Assembly (NCBI GenBank): GCA_046351555.1
Contig: JAXLYI010000029.1
Coordinates: 1 to 45,726, forward strand
Length of the DNA stretch: 45,726 nucleotides
Direction: 5' to 3'
Origin: Polyangiales bacterium
GTDB taxonomy: Bacteria; Myxococcota_A; Polyangia; Polyangiales; Ga0077539
Shown one piece after another: positions 35,943 through 44,991 of the stretch; within the stretch, counting starts at the first letter, position 1; each line of letters begins with the position of its first letter. The notes beneath the pieces were generated by a model, which saw nothing but the letters and a program-made list of their open reading frames with translations, searched no databases and had not been told where the DNA came from. Made by a program: the position numbers and the translations under genes.

Positions 35943-36836
35943 ATGAACGACCTCGCGCTCCCGCTCTCCCGCGACGGGCTCCGCCCGCGCATCCTCGCCG
36001 CGCTGGTGGTGGTGTACCTGGTGTGGAGCTCGACCTACCTCGCCGTCCGCCACATGGTGGCCGAGCTGCCGCCGCTGCTCGTCGGGGGCTGTCGCTTCAT
36101 CCTGGCGAGCGCGCTCCTCTTCGCGGTGCAGCGGCTCCGCGGGGCGCCGATGCCCGCGCCGGGCTCGTGGCCGCGGGCGGCGGGCGCGGGGGTGCTTCTC
36201 TTCACGCTGGGCAACGGGCTGGTTTGCCTGGCCGAGACCCGCACGAGCTCGAGCGTCGCGGCGGTGGCGTGTGCGTCGACGCCGCTGTTCGTGGCGCTGT
36301 TCGGCGCGCTGCGGGGCGAGCGGCCGAGCCGGCGGGAGGCGCTGGCCATCGCGGCGGGCCTCGCGGGGGTGGCGGTTCTCTTCGCGGGGCGCGACCTGCG
36401 GGTGGCGGGCGCGCGCGGGGCGCCGCTCTTCCTGGCGCCGGTGGCGTGGGCGGGGGGCACGGTGCTGGCGCGCGGGGCTCGGGTGGCGTCGCCGACGACC
36501 TTCGCGGCGCAGCAGATGCTCTGCGGCGGCGCGGTGATGGCCGCGTCAGGCTGGCTGCTCGGCGAGCGCCTCCCCGCGCACGTGTCGAACGAGGCGCTCG
36601 GCGCGGTGGGCTGGCTCGTGGTGATGGGCTCGGTGGTCGCCTTCCCCGCGTACGCCTTCCTCGTACAGAACGCGCGGCCCGCGGTGGCGACGAGCTACGC
36701 GTACGTCAACCCCGCCCTCGCGGTGCTGCTCGGCGCGGCGCTGGGCGGCGAGTCGCTCGGCGCGTCGACGCTCGGCTCGCTGGCGCTGGTGGTGGCCGCG
36801 GTCGCCCTCGCCACGACGGGCGGCGCGCGGCGGTAG
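35943..36836 (+). CDS. EamA/DMT-family transporter
   Basis: The 297-aa protein has 10 predicted TM helices. It is transcribed divergently from the MocR regulator, a common pairing. Confidence 0.8.
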   Translation: MNDLALPLSRDGLRPRILAALVVVYLVWSSTYLAVRHMVAELPPLLVGGCRFILASALLFAVQRLRGAPMPAPGSWPRAAGAGVLLFTLGNGLVCLAETRTSSSVAAVACASTPLFVALFGALRGERPSRREALAIAAGLAGVAVLFAGRDLRVAGARGAPLFLAPVAWAGGTVLARGARVASPTTFAAQQMLCGGAVMAASGWLLGERLPAHVSNEALGAVGWLVVMGSVVAFPAYAFLVQNARPAVATSYAYVNPALAVLLGAALGGESLGASTLGSLALVVAAVALATTGGARR

Positions 36837-36874
36837 GGGCGGACCTCGCGCCCCGTTGCGGGCGCCGCAGGGCG

Positions 36875-37174
36875 ATGGCTATCATGATGGCCATGAAGCG
36901 ATCACAGCGGTACTCCGTCGCCGACGCGCGCAACCAGCTCGCCTCCCTCGTCCACGACGTGGAGGCGGGCTCCCCGGTCGAGATCACCCGGCGCGGCGAG
37001 CCCGTCGCGGTGCTCGTCTCCCTCGCGGAGTACCGGCGGCTCACCGCGTCGCGCCCCAAACTGGGCGACGCGCTCGCGGCCTTCCGCGCCTCCGTCGACG
37101 TGGAGTCGCTCCTCGGCGCGACGGCGTTCGACGGCACGCGCGACCGCGGCCCGGGCCGGAGTTCTCCCTGGTGA
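36875..37174 (+). CDS. Phd/YefM-family antitoxin
   Basis: The protein reads MAIMMAMKRSQRYSVADARNQLASLVHDVEAGSPVEITRRGEPVAVLVSLAEYRRL (an alternative ATG lies 18 nt downstream). Its stop overlaps the next gene's GTG (GTGA). Confidence 0.75.
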   Translation: MAIMMAMKRSQRYSVADARNQLASLVHDVEAGSPVEITRRGEPVAVLVSLAEYRRLTASRPKLGDALAAFRASVDVESLLGATAFDGTRDRGPGRSSPW

Positions 37175-37590
37175 GCGCGCGGTACCTGCTGGACACCGAC
37201 GCGCTGTCCGAGCCCATCCGCCCCCGCCCCGAGCGCCGCTTCATGATGAAGATGGAGCGCCACGCCGCCTCTCTGGCCATCTCCTCGGTGACGTGGCACG
37301 AAGCCAACTTCGGGGTGCAGCGCCTCCCCGCTGGCCGACGGCGGCAGGAGTTGGAGCGTTACCTCCGCGACGTGATCGAGGCGTGCATCCCGGTGCTCCC
37401 CTACGACCGCGCCGCCGCGGCCTGGCACGCCGCGGAGCGGGCCCGGCTGGAGGGCGCGGGCCACGCCCCCCCATTCGCGGACGGGCAGAACGCCGCCGTC
37501 GCCGCCACGCGCGGCCTGATCCTGGTCACGCGCAACGTGGCCGACTATGCCCCCTTCGAGGGGGTCACCGTGGAAGACTGGTGCCGTTGA
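37171..37590 (+). CDS. vapC: PIN-domain toxin (VapC-like)
   Basis: The protein reads VSARYLLDTDALSEPIRPRPERRFMMKM...ISSVTWHEANFG...LILVTRNVADYAPF, with the conserved PIN acidic residues. The GTG start overlaps the antitoxin stop. Confidence 0.75.
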   Translation: MSARYLLDTDALSEPIRPRPERRFMMKMERHAASLAISSVTWHEANFGVQRLPAGRRRQELERYLRDVIEACIPVLPYDRAAAAWHAAERARLEGAGHAPPFADGQNAAVAATRGLILVTRNVADYAPFEGVTVEDWCR

Positions 37591-37731
37591 GCACGCACGC
37601 GCGGTCGGCTCCGGCGCCCACCGCCCCCTCCCCCCGGACGTACCCTGTCCCCCCACCCCCTCCCCTCTCGTCACGAACTGGCGCGCCCCGCGCGGCCCGC
37701 TGCTAGACTCCGGGCGCATCTAACCCCCGCG

Positions 37732-40032
37732 ATGTCGGAAATCACCCGAGACAGCCTGCTCGCGGAGCACCTCGACTGGATCCTCGAGACGACCTTCCTC
37801 GCCCGGCTCACGCTGGAGGAGCAGGCGTCGGTGCTCGGGGCGATGTCCTGGCGGCGCTACGGGCCGGGCGAGGTGTTCGTCCGCGCGGGCTCACCCCCAC
37901 CCGGGGTCGACCTGATCATCGAGGGGCAGGTGCTGGTCGAGCGCAACGGGCCCGCGGCCATGTCGCGCGTGCTTGGGCCCGGCCACCTCATCGGCGAGCG
38001 CTCGCTCCTGCGCGCGTCGCCCACCGTGGCCGACGTGAAGGCCCTCTCGCCGGTGCGCGCGCTGCACCTCACGCCCGACGCCTTCCGCGCGCTGCTCGTG
38101 CGGGCGCCGCACCTGCGCGCCGACTTCGACGCGCTCGTCGAGCTCCGCGAGCGCCTCCCCGTGCTCCTCGAGCTCTTCCTCCAGAACAGCACCCTCCGGC
38201 TCATCGGCCGCGACGGGCTCGAGCAGCTCCTCGACGTCGCCACCTTCGAACAGCTCCCCGCCGGGCGCCACATCCTCCAGGCCGGCGACCGCAGCCGCGA
38301 CGTCTACCTCCTCGTGCGGGGCCGCGTGGTGGTCTACGCCCCGCCCACGCCCGACCGCCCGCGCGAGGTGCTCGCGATCGAGGGCCCCGGCGCGCTCCTC
38401 GGCCACGCCGCCGCGCTGCTGGAGCTCCCGCGCACCGCCGACGTGGAGACGGTCGAGCCGACGGAGATCCTCACCGTCCCGGCGCGCGCCTTCATGGACG
38501 TGGTGTCGCAGAACCCCTCGCTCCAGCGGCGCCTCTTCCAACAGCTCGCCACGATGGACCTCCGCGCCCACGACGCGCGGCGCGCGGGCGGCGCGGGCAT
38601 CCTGGTGTCGGTGTACGGCACGCGCGACCGGGTCGGCGCCACCACCCTCGCCTACGGCCTCGCGAGCGAACTCTCCCAGGCGGCGCCGACGGTGCTCGTC
38701 GACCTCGCGGGCGCGCAGAGCGCGCGGCGCCTCGGGATGAAGACCGTCGACTCGGCCGTCGAGGGCGTCGACGTGACGCGCCTGGAGGCGCCCGCGGCGT
38801 GGCCCTTCCAGGTGCTCTGGCCGCGCGACCCGGACCGCGCGCTCGCGCTCGTCCAGCGGCTGCGCGAGCGCGACGGGCGCAACTCGCACGTCGTGGTGGC
38901 GGCCTCGTCGCAGGGGGCGGCCGACCTCGGGGTGATGGGCGCCTGCGAGGCCCTCGTGCTCGTCCGCCACGCCGACGAGGTGACGCACACCGAGTCCGCG
39001 CGGCACGGGCAGTTTCGCGTCGAGGCGCTGCGGCTGCGGCCGGGCCTGGCGGTGCTCCCCCACACCGGGCCCCACGCGGTGCGCGTGCCCGAAGACGCGC
39101 CGGCCGCGTCGGCCTTCTGGCGCACGGGCGACCCGAAGGTTCTCCGCGACGAGGCGAGCGGGCTCGGGCGCGCGTCGCGCCGTCTGGCCCGCGTGCTCCA
39201 GGGGCGCTCGGTGGGGCTCGCGCTCGGCGGCGGCGGCGCGCTCGGCTTCGCGCACATCGGACTCATCCGCGTGATGCGCGCGGCGGGCGTCCCCATCGAC
39301 TACGTCGCGGGGTCGTCGTTCGGCTCGCTGGTGGCGGGCATCTACGCGGCCGGCGGGCTCGACGCGCTCGACGCGCTCATCCGCGAGCGCGTGAGGCTCC
39401 AGGCGCACGTGTGGGGCGCGATGCTCTGGTCGAAGCTCGTCGCGCGCTTCGTCGACGACCTCGTCGGCGCGCGGCAGATGGCCGAGACGGAGATCGCCTT
39501 CCTCCCCGTCTCGATGGACCTCCTCACCGGCCGTCAGGTGGTGCTCTCGCACGGCACCATCGGCGAGGGGGTTCGCTCGTCGTCGTGCCTGCCGGGGCCC
39601 TTCGCCGCGTACCGCACGGGCTCGTGGCGCCTCGCCGACGGCGGGATCATCAACAACGTCCCGGCCTCGGTGACGTGGGAGGCGGGCGCGCATTTCATCG
39701 TCGCGTCGAACATCATCCCGCGGAGCACGTCGTCCTCGTCGCAGCTCCCCGAGGCGCTCTCCGACCTCGAGGCGCAGGTGCACCGCTTCGACGACATGCT
39801 GCGCTCGATGTACCTGCTGATGTCGCAGGCGGGCCGCGACCGGGCCACGCTCGCGGACTACGTCTTCGACCTCGACCTGCCCGGCTACTCCATCCAGGAG
39901 GTGCTGCGGGGCGACGTGATCGCCGCGGCGGGGCAGCGGCAGGCCGAGCGGCAGATCGGCGACATCCTCGAGGCGTACCGCACCGACATCGCGGCGCGGA
40001 GCCCCGCCGACGGCCCGCGCCGGGCGCGCTAG
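37732..40032 (+). CDS. Two cNMP-binding domains fused to a patatin-like phospholipase
   Basis: The N-terminal cNMP-binding folds read ...GEVFVRAGSPP...LIGERSLL... and ...DVYLLVRGRVVV... The patatin domain has the oxyanion hole GGGALGFAHIGLI, the nucleophile GSSFG and the catalytic D in ADGGIINNVP. The protein is 766 aa. Confidence 0.85.
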   Translation: MSEITRDSLLAEHLDWILETTFLARLTLEEQASVLGAMSWRRYGPGEVFVRAGSPPPGVDLIIEGQVLVERNGPAAMSRVLGPGHLIGERSLLRASPTVADVKALSPVRALHLTPDAFRALLVRAPHLRADFDALVELRERLPVLLELFLQNSTLRLIGRDGLEQLLDVATFEQLPAGRHILQAGDRSRDVYLLVRGRVVVYAPPTPDRPREVLAIEGPGALLGHAAALLELPRTADVETVEPTEILTVPARAFMDVVSQNPSLQRRLFQQLATMDLRAHDARRAGGAGILVSVYGTRDRVGATTLAYGLASELSQAAPTVLVDLAGAQSARRLGMKTVDSAVEGVDVTRLEAPAAWPFQVLWPRDPDRALALVQRLRERDGRNSHVVVAASSQGAADLGVMGACEALVLVRHADEVTHTESARHGQFRVEALRLRPGLAVLPHTGPHAVRVPEDAPAASAFWRTGDPKVLRDEASGLGRASRRLARVLQGRSVGLALGGGGALGFAHIGLIRVMRAAGVPIDYVAGSSFGSLVAGIYAAGGLDALDALIRERVRLQAHVWGAMLWSKLVARFVDDLVGARQMAETEIAFLPVSMDLLTGRQVVLSHGTIGEGVRSSSCLPGPFAAYRTGSWRLADGGIINNVPASVTWEAGAHFIVASNIIPRSTSSSSQLPEALSDLEAQVHRFDDMLRSMYLLMSQAGRDRATLADYVFDLDLPGYSIQEVLRGDVIAAAGQRQAERQIGDILEAYRTDIAARSPADGPRRAR

Positions 40033-40095
40033 AAAACGGGGCGATAGGCGTCGCGCGGGGGCCCCGGGTCGGTGTATATCGCCCGCGACACCCCG

Positions 40096-41085
40096 ATGTC
40101 GCGCCAGCTCTTCGAGTACCACCCCGTTGTCGGGTACCGCTTCGTGCCGAACCTCAAGGCGCGCGTGCCCCACGAGAGCGGCGGGTACCTCGTCCAGGCC
40201 AACGAGCAGGGCTTCCGGTCGAACCGTCCCTTCCCGGTCGGGCGTACCGCGGGCGCGCGGCGGGCGCTGGTGTTCGGCGACTCGTTCACCGCGGGCGACG
40301 GGGTTTCGAACGGCAAGCGGTACACCGAGCGGCTGGAGGAGAAGCTCCCCGGGGTGGAGGTGTACAACTACGGCCTCTCGGGGACGGGCACCGACCAGCA
40401 GTACCTCGTGTGGCGGGAGTTCGCGCAGGGCGTCGAGCACGACGCGGTGGTGATCGCCGTGCTGGTGGAGAACGTCCGCCGCGTCACCTCGCGCTACCGC
40501 CGCTACGCCGACCTCACGGGCCGCGAGCTGGTGTACGGCAAGCCCTACTACACCCTCGACGCGGGCGAGCTCACGCTCCACCACATGCCCCCGCCGCGCG
40601 AGCCCATCCGCGAGGAAGACCTGCCCCCCGAGGAGCGCGAGGCGGTCGACCGCGGCGGGCGCTTCCACCTCTTGCGCCAGGTGGTGAGCGCGGTCGGCGC
40701 GAAGGACGTCGTGCAGCGGATCACGCGCTACAACCCCGTGCCCGAATACGACGCGGCCACCGCGCCGGCGTGGCTCCTGATGCGGGCGATCCTGACGCGC
40801 TGGGTGCGCTCGCTCGCGAAGCCCGCCGTGCTGATGCCCCTGCCGCTCTACCAGCACGTCGAGGAGACGAGCGACGCGTCGGGCTACCAGGCGCGCTTCC
40901 GCGAGCTGGCCGACGAGCTCGGCTGCGCCCTCCACGACCCGCTCCCCGACCTCCTGCGGTACCCGGCCGAGCAGCGCCGGCGCTTCCGCTTCGAAAAAGA
41001 CGTACACCCCACCCCCGAGGGGCACGAGGCCCTGGCGGCCTCGCTCGCCCCCGCCCTCGCGCGCGTCCTGCCGCCCCCGGGCTGA
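40096..41085 (+). CDS. SGNH/GDSL-family hydrolase
   Basis: The GDSL block reads LVFGDSFTAGDG, and the catalytic DxxH is present in KDVHPTPEGH. An ATG lies at residue 9 of ORF 40072..41085. Confidence 0.75.
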   Translation: MSRQLFEYHPVVGYRFVPNLKARVPHESGGYLVQANEQGFRSNRPFPVGRTAGARRALVFGDSFTAGDGVSNGKRYTERLEEKLPGVEVYNYGLSGTGTDQQYLVWREFAQGVEHDAVVIAVLVENVRRVTSRYRRYADLTGRELVYGKPYYTLDAGELTLHHMPPPREPIREEDLPPEEREAVDRGGRFHLLRQVVSAVGAKDVVQRITRYNPVPEYDAATAPAWLLMRAILTRWVRSLAKPAVLMPLPLYQHVEETSDASGYQARFRELADELGCALHDPLPDLLRYPAEQRRRFRFEKDVHPTPEGHEALAASLAPALARVLPPPG

Positions 41086-41127
41086 ACCCCGCGGCCCCCT
41101 CGCGCATCTGCCGACACACCCGAAGCC

Positions 41128-42975
41128 ATGGCGAAGACGATCCTCGGCCTCTCAGCCTTCTACCACGACTCCGCGGCGGCCCTCACGCGCGACGGCGAGG
41201 TGGTCGCCGCCGCCCAGGAGGAGCGCTTCTCGCGCAAGAAGCACGACCCGCGCTTCCCCCGCCACGCGGTCAACTACTGCCTCGAGGAGGCCTTCGTCGA
41301 GGCCGACGACCTCGACGCGGTGGTCTTCTACGACAACCCCCTCGCCACCTTCGACCGCGTGGTGGAGAACACCCTCGCCGCGGGCCCCGCGGGGCGCGGG
41401 CAGTTCCTCAAGGCGGCCGACGCGATCCTCGGCAACAAGCTCTGGGTCGACGCCCACGTGCGCCGCGCGCTCGGCGGCGTCGGCAAGGCCGGCAAGGTGC
41501 TCTTCGCCGAGCACCACATGGCCCACGCGGCCAGCGCCTTCTACCCTTCGCCCTTCGAGCGCGCCGCGGTGCTCACGCTCGACGGCGTCGGGGAGTGGGC
41601 CACCACCAGCCTCGGCGTCGGCCGCGGCGCCTCGCTCGAGCTCTTCGCGGAGATCGACTACCCCCACTCGCTCGGGCTGCTCTACAGCGCGGTCACGTCG
41701 TTCTGCGGGTTCAAGGTCAACTCCGGCGAGTACAAGCTGATGGGCCTCGCGCCCTACGGGGAGCCGCGCTTCTACGAGCTCCTGCGCGACAAGCTCATCG
41801 ACGTGCGCGACGACGGCTCGTACCGCCTCGACACGTCGTACTTCGGCTACCTCGACGGGATGACGATGACCAACGAGCGCTTCGCCGCGCTCTTCGGCGG
41901 CCCCGCGCGCGAGGCCGAGTCGCGCATCACCCGCCGCGAGATGGACCTCGCCGCCAGCGTCCAGAAGGTGACCGAGGAGGTGGTGCTCAAGACCGCCCGG
42001 CACCTCCGCAAGGAGACCGGCGAGCGCGACCTGGTGATGGCGGGCGGCGTCGCCCTCAACTGCGTCGCGAACGGCAAGCTCGTGGTCGAGGGGATCTTCG
42101 ACAACGTGTGGATCCAGCCGGCCGCGGGCGACGCGGGCGGCGCGCTCGGGGCCGCGCTCCTCGCGCACCACGTGTACTTCAACGAGCCTCGCAAGGCGCC
42201 GTCGGGCGGGCGCGACGCGCAGAAGGGGAGCTACCTCGGCCCGCGCTACTCGAGCGAGGAGGTGCAGGCCTTCCTCGAGCGCAAGGGCTACCCCCACCGG
42301 CGCATCGAAGACCGGGCCGAGCGCTCGGCCTTCGTCGCGAAGGCCATCGCGGAGGGGAAGATCGTCGGCTGGCTGTCGGGGCGGATGGAGTTCGGCCCGC
42401 GCGCGCTCGGGGCGCGGAGCATCCTGGGCGACCCGCGCAACAAGGACACCCAGTCGGTGATGAACTTGAAGATCAAGTTCCGCGAGAGCTTCCGGCCCTT
42501 CGCGCCGAGCGTGCTGCGCGAGCGCTGCGCCGACTACTTCGAGCTCGCGTGCGAGAGCCCGTACATGCTGCTCATCGCGCCGGTGCGCGAGGAGCGGCGT
42601 ATCCCGATGGACACCGCGCGCTTCCGCGGCGGCGACGACGACATGATCGCGGTGCTCCACCAGGCGCGGAGCGACGTCCCCGCCGTCACCCACGTCGACT
42701 ACTCGGCGCGCATCCAGACGGTCGACCGCGAGACGCACCCCGACTACCGCGCGCTCATCGAGGCGTTCGAGTCCGTCACCGGGTGCGGGATGCTGGTGAA
42801 CACGTCGTTCAACGTGCGCGGCGAGCCGATCGTGTGCACCCCGCAGGACGCCTACCGCTGCTTCATGCGCACGGAGATGGACCTGCTGGTGCTGGAGGAC
42901 TTCGTGCTCTGGCGCCGTGAGCAGCCCGCCTTCGAAGACCAGGAGAACTGGAAGGAGACCTATGAGCTCGACTAG
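41128..42975 (+). CDS. Carbamoyltransferase (NodU/CmcH family)
   Basis: The 615-aa protein starts MAKTILGLSAFYHDSAAAL, the YrdC/Kae1-like N-terminus. It also has ...HHMAHAASAF... and the C-terminal carbamoyltransferase domain ...VNTSFNVRGEPIVCTPQDAY... Confidence 0.88.
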   Translation: MAKTILGLSAFYHDSAAALTRDGEVVAAAQEERFSRKKHDPRFPRHAVNYCLEEAFVEADDLDAVVFYDNPLATFDRVVENTLAAGPAGRGQFLKAADAILGNKLWVDAHVRRALGGVGKAGKVLFAEHHMAHAASAFYPSPFERAAVLTLDGVGEWATTSLGVGRGASLELFAEIDYPHSLGLLYSAVTSFCGFKVNSGEYKLMGLAPYGEPRFYELLRDKLIDVRDDGSYRLDTSYFGYLDGMTMTNERFAALFGGPAREAESRITRREMDLAASVQKVTEEVVLKTARHLRKETGERDLVMAGGVALNCVANGKLVVEGIFDNVWIQPAAGDAGGALGAALLAHHVYFNEPRKAPSGGRDAQKGSYLGPRYSSEEVQAFLERKGYPHRRIEDRAERSAFVAKAIAEGKIVGWLSGRMEFGPRALGARSILGDPRNKDTQSVMNLKIKFRESFRPFAPSVLRERCADYFELACESPYMLLIAPVREERRIPMDTARFRGGDDDMIAVLHQARSDVPAVTHVDYSARIQTVDRETHPDYRALIEAFESVTGCGMLVNTSFNVRGEPIVCTPQDAYRCFMRTEMDLLVLEDFVLWRREQPAFEDQENWKETYELD

Positions 42976-43321
42976 CCCCCGCGGCGAGGCCGCGGCCGCG
43001 GCCCTCTACGACGAGGCGCTCGCCCCCCTCTCCGCGCGGATGCGCGCCGAGGGCAGGAGCGCCTTCCCGGTTGGCCCCGACGCCGCCGCGCCGAGCTACT
43101 ACGTCCGCCGCCCGCGCGCCGCGATGCGCCCCGAGGACTTCGAAGCGCCCGCCTGCCGCACGCCCGAGGACTTCGAGCGCGCCCTCGCCGCCCACTGGCG
43201 CGCGCTCGGGCGCGAAGAGCTCGCCGCGCTCGCCCACCGCTTCGCCGCGGCCGCGCGCGACGCCTGCGCCGTCGGCGAGGGCGACGCGGAGGTGTCCCCG
43301 TTCGTGTACGTGATGTTCTGA
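42962..43321 (+). CDS. Hypothetical protein (119 aa)
   Basis: The protein reads MSSTSPRGEAAAAALYDEALAPLSARMRAEGRSAFPVG... It overlaps the carbamoyltransferase stop and is followed by a TGATG overlap with the deacetylase start, which implies translational coupling within the cluster. Confidence 0.45.
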   Translation: MSSTSPRGEAAAAALYDEALAPLSARMRAEGRSAFPVGPDAAAPSYYVRRPRAAMRPEDFEAPACRTPEDFERALAAHWRALGREELAALAHRFAAAARDACAVGEGDAEVSPFVYVMF

Positions 43322-44193
43322 TGGACGAAGGCGTCCGCTGGGAGAAGCGACTGCTGGCGCGGGCCCTCGCCGCCACGGGGACGTCGCGCGCGCTGCTCGC
43401 CGCGCAGTCGCTGCTGCGCCGCGGCGAGTACATCCGCGTCGTCAACTACCACGGCACGCCCCCCGCCGACGCCGCCTCCTTCGAACGCCAGGTCGCCTTC
43501 CTCGCCGAGCACTTCGCGCCCGTCAGCGCCGCCGACCTCGCGCGCTTCTTCGAGGAGGGCGTGTGGCGCGCGGCCAAGCCGGGGCTCATCGTGTCCTTCG
43601 ACGACGGGCTCCGCTCCAACGCGGAGGTCGCCGCGCCCGTGCTCGAGCGCTACGGGCTGGTGGGGTGGTTCTTCGTCCCGGTGGGCTTCGTCGACGCGCC
43701 CGCCGACCGGCAGCTCGCCTTCGCCGAGGAGCACCAGATCCGCGTCGACCACGCCTACCCCGACGGCCGCATCGCGATGTCGCGCGACGACCTGCGCGCC
43801 CTCGCCGCGCGCCACGTCGTCGGGTGCCACACGCGCTCGCACCTGCGCCTCGCCCCCGAGGTGCCGCCCGCCGTGCTCGAGGACGAGATCATCACCGCCC
43901 GCTCCGACCTCGCCGCCGCCGTCGGGCGCCCGGTCGAGTCGTTCTGCTGGGTGGGCGGCGAGGAGGCGTCGTATTCGGCCGAGGCCGCGCGTGTCGTCCG
44001 CCGGGCGGGCTACCGCTTCGGCTTCATGACCAACAACGCCCCGCTGCGCCCCGGCGACGACCCCCTCCACATCCAGCGGACCAACGTCGAGTCGTCGTGG
44101 TCGCTCGACGTGCTCCGCTTCCAGCTCTCCGGCGTGATGGACCTCGCCTACCTCGCGAAGCGCCGCCGCGTGGACCGCCTCACCCGCCGGTAG
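43321..44193 (+). CDS. Polysaccharide deacetylase (NodB homology, CE4)
   Basis: The protein has the CE4 motifs LIVSFDDGLRSN and ...HTRSHLRL... It is 290 aa. Confidence 0.8.
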   Translation: MDEGVRWEKRLLARALAATGTSRALLAAQSLLRRGEYIRVVNYHGTPPADAASFERQVAFLAEHFAPVSAADLARFFEEGVWRAAKPGLIVSFDDGLRSNAEVAAPVLERYGLVGWFFVPVGFVDAPADRQLAFAEEHQIRVDHAYPDGRIAMSRDDLRALAARHVVGCHTRSHLRLAPEVPPAVLEDEIITARSDLAAAVGRPVESFCWVGGEEASYSAEAARVVRRAGYRFGFMTNNAPLRPGDDPLHIQRTNVESSWSLDVLRFQLSGVMDLAYLAKRRRVDRLTRR

Positions 44194-44416
44194 CGCTTCG
44201 AATCCGCGCGAGCACCGCGCGCGCCGTCGACGACAGCCCCGCGGGGTCGAGCGCGGCCTCCATCGCCCGGCTCTCGGCGGCCGCGGCCCACGCCGCCTCG
44301 CGCCCCGCCGCGTCGAGGTCGTGCCACGCCGGGTGCGAAAGAACCTCACCGCGCACGCCCCGCTCGCGGTGGGCGCCGGCCACGGCCTCGACGAGCGCCT
44401 CCTCCTCGGGGGTCAT
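44180..44416 (-). CDS. Small protein downstream of the ECF sigma factor; possible anti-sigma or partner
   Basis: This is the last 78 aa of ORF 44180..45706, reading MTPEEEALVEAVAGAHRERGVRGEVLSHPAWHDLD... Its ATG overlaps the sigma-factor stop (ATGA). No zinc-finger anti-sigma motif is seen. Confidence 0.4.
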   Translation of the reverse strand: MTPEEEALVEAVAGAHRERGVRGEVLSHPAWHDLDAAGREAAWAAAAESRAMEAALDPAGLSSTARAVLARIRSATGG

Positions 44417-44988
44417 CGCCACTCCGCCGCGAGCGCCACGCCGCGCCCCTCGAGGCACGCCGCGAGGAGCTTGCGGGCGCGCGTGAAGTTCTGGAGGAAG
44501 GTGTTGAGCTTCATGTGGAGGCGCTCGGCGAGCACCTCGTCGGGCTCGGCGCCGCCCGCGCCCATTCGCTGCGCGAGCGTCGCCGCGGGCTTCTCCGGGA
44601 GCTCGTCGCGGCAGGCCTCGATCGCCTTGCGCAGCAGGGGGTCGGGCCCCTCGGGCGCGTCGGCCCCGGCCGCGTCGTCGAAGACCCGCGCGAGCCCTTC
44701 TTCGTCGAGCGCCGCCGTGCGGAAGCGCCTCGCCTCGCTGAGCGCGAGGTTGCGCGCCACCCGCACCGCGAAGCGCAGGAGCGCGTTGGGGCGCCCGTCG
44801 GGGACGACCCGCGGCGCCGTCTGCCACACGCGCAGGAGCGCCTCCTGGAGCACCGCCTCGCAGTCCGCCACCGCCGCGAAGGCCCGAAGCGAGAGCCGCA
44901 GTTCGGGCTCCGCCCCGGCGAGCCAGCGCCCGAAGGCGTCGGCGTCTCCGGCGGCGATCGCGGGGTGGTGGACGTCGAGGTCGGCCAT
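44413..44988 (-). CDS. ECF (sigma-70 family) RNA polymerase sigma factor
   Basis: Region 2 reads ...CEAVLQEALLRVWQ. Region 4 reads ...LPEKPAATLAQRMGAGGAEPDEVLAERLHMKLNTFLQNFTRARKLLAACL. The protein is 191 aa. Confidence 0.85.
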   Translation of the reverse strand: MADLDVHHPAIAAGDADAFGRWLAGAEPELRLSLRAFAAVADCEAVLQEALLRVWQTAPRVVPDGRPNALLRFAVRVARNLALSEARRFRTAALDEEGLARVFDDAAGADAPEGPDPLLRKAIEACRDELPEKPAATLAQRMGAGGAEPDEVLAERLHMKLNTFLQNFTRARKLLAACLEGRGVALAAEWR

Positions 44989-44991
44989 CGT

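Noticed and set aside
37891-42920. 1044-aa minus and 1373-aa plus ORFs spanning the patatin, SGNH and carbamoyltransferase genes
   Set aside because: They are shadows of three well-supported plus-strand genes in other frames.
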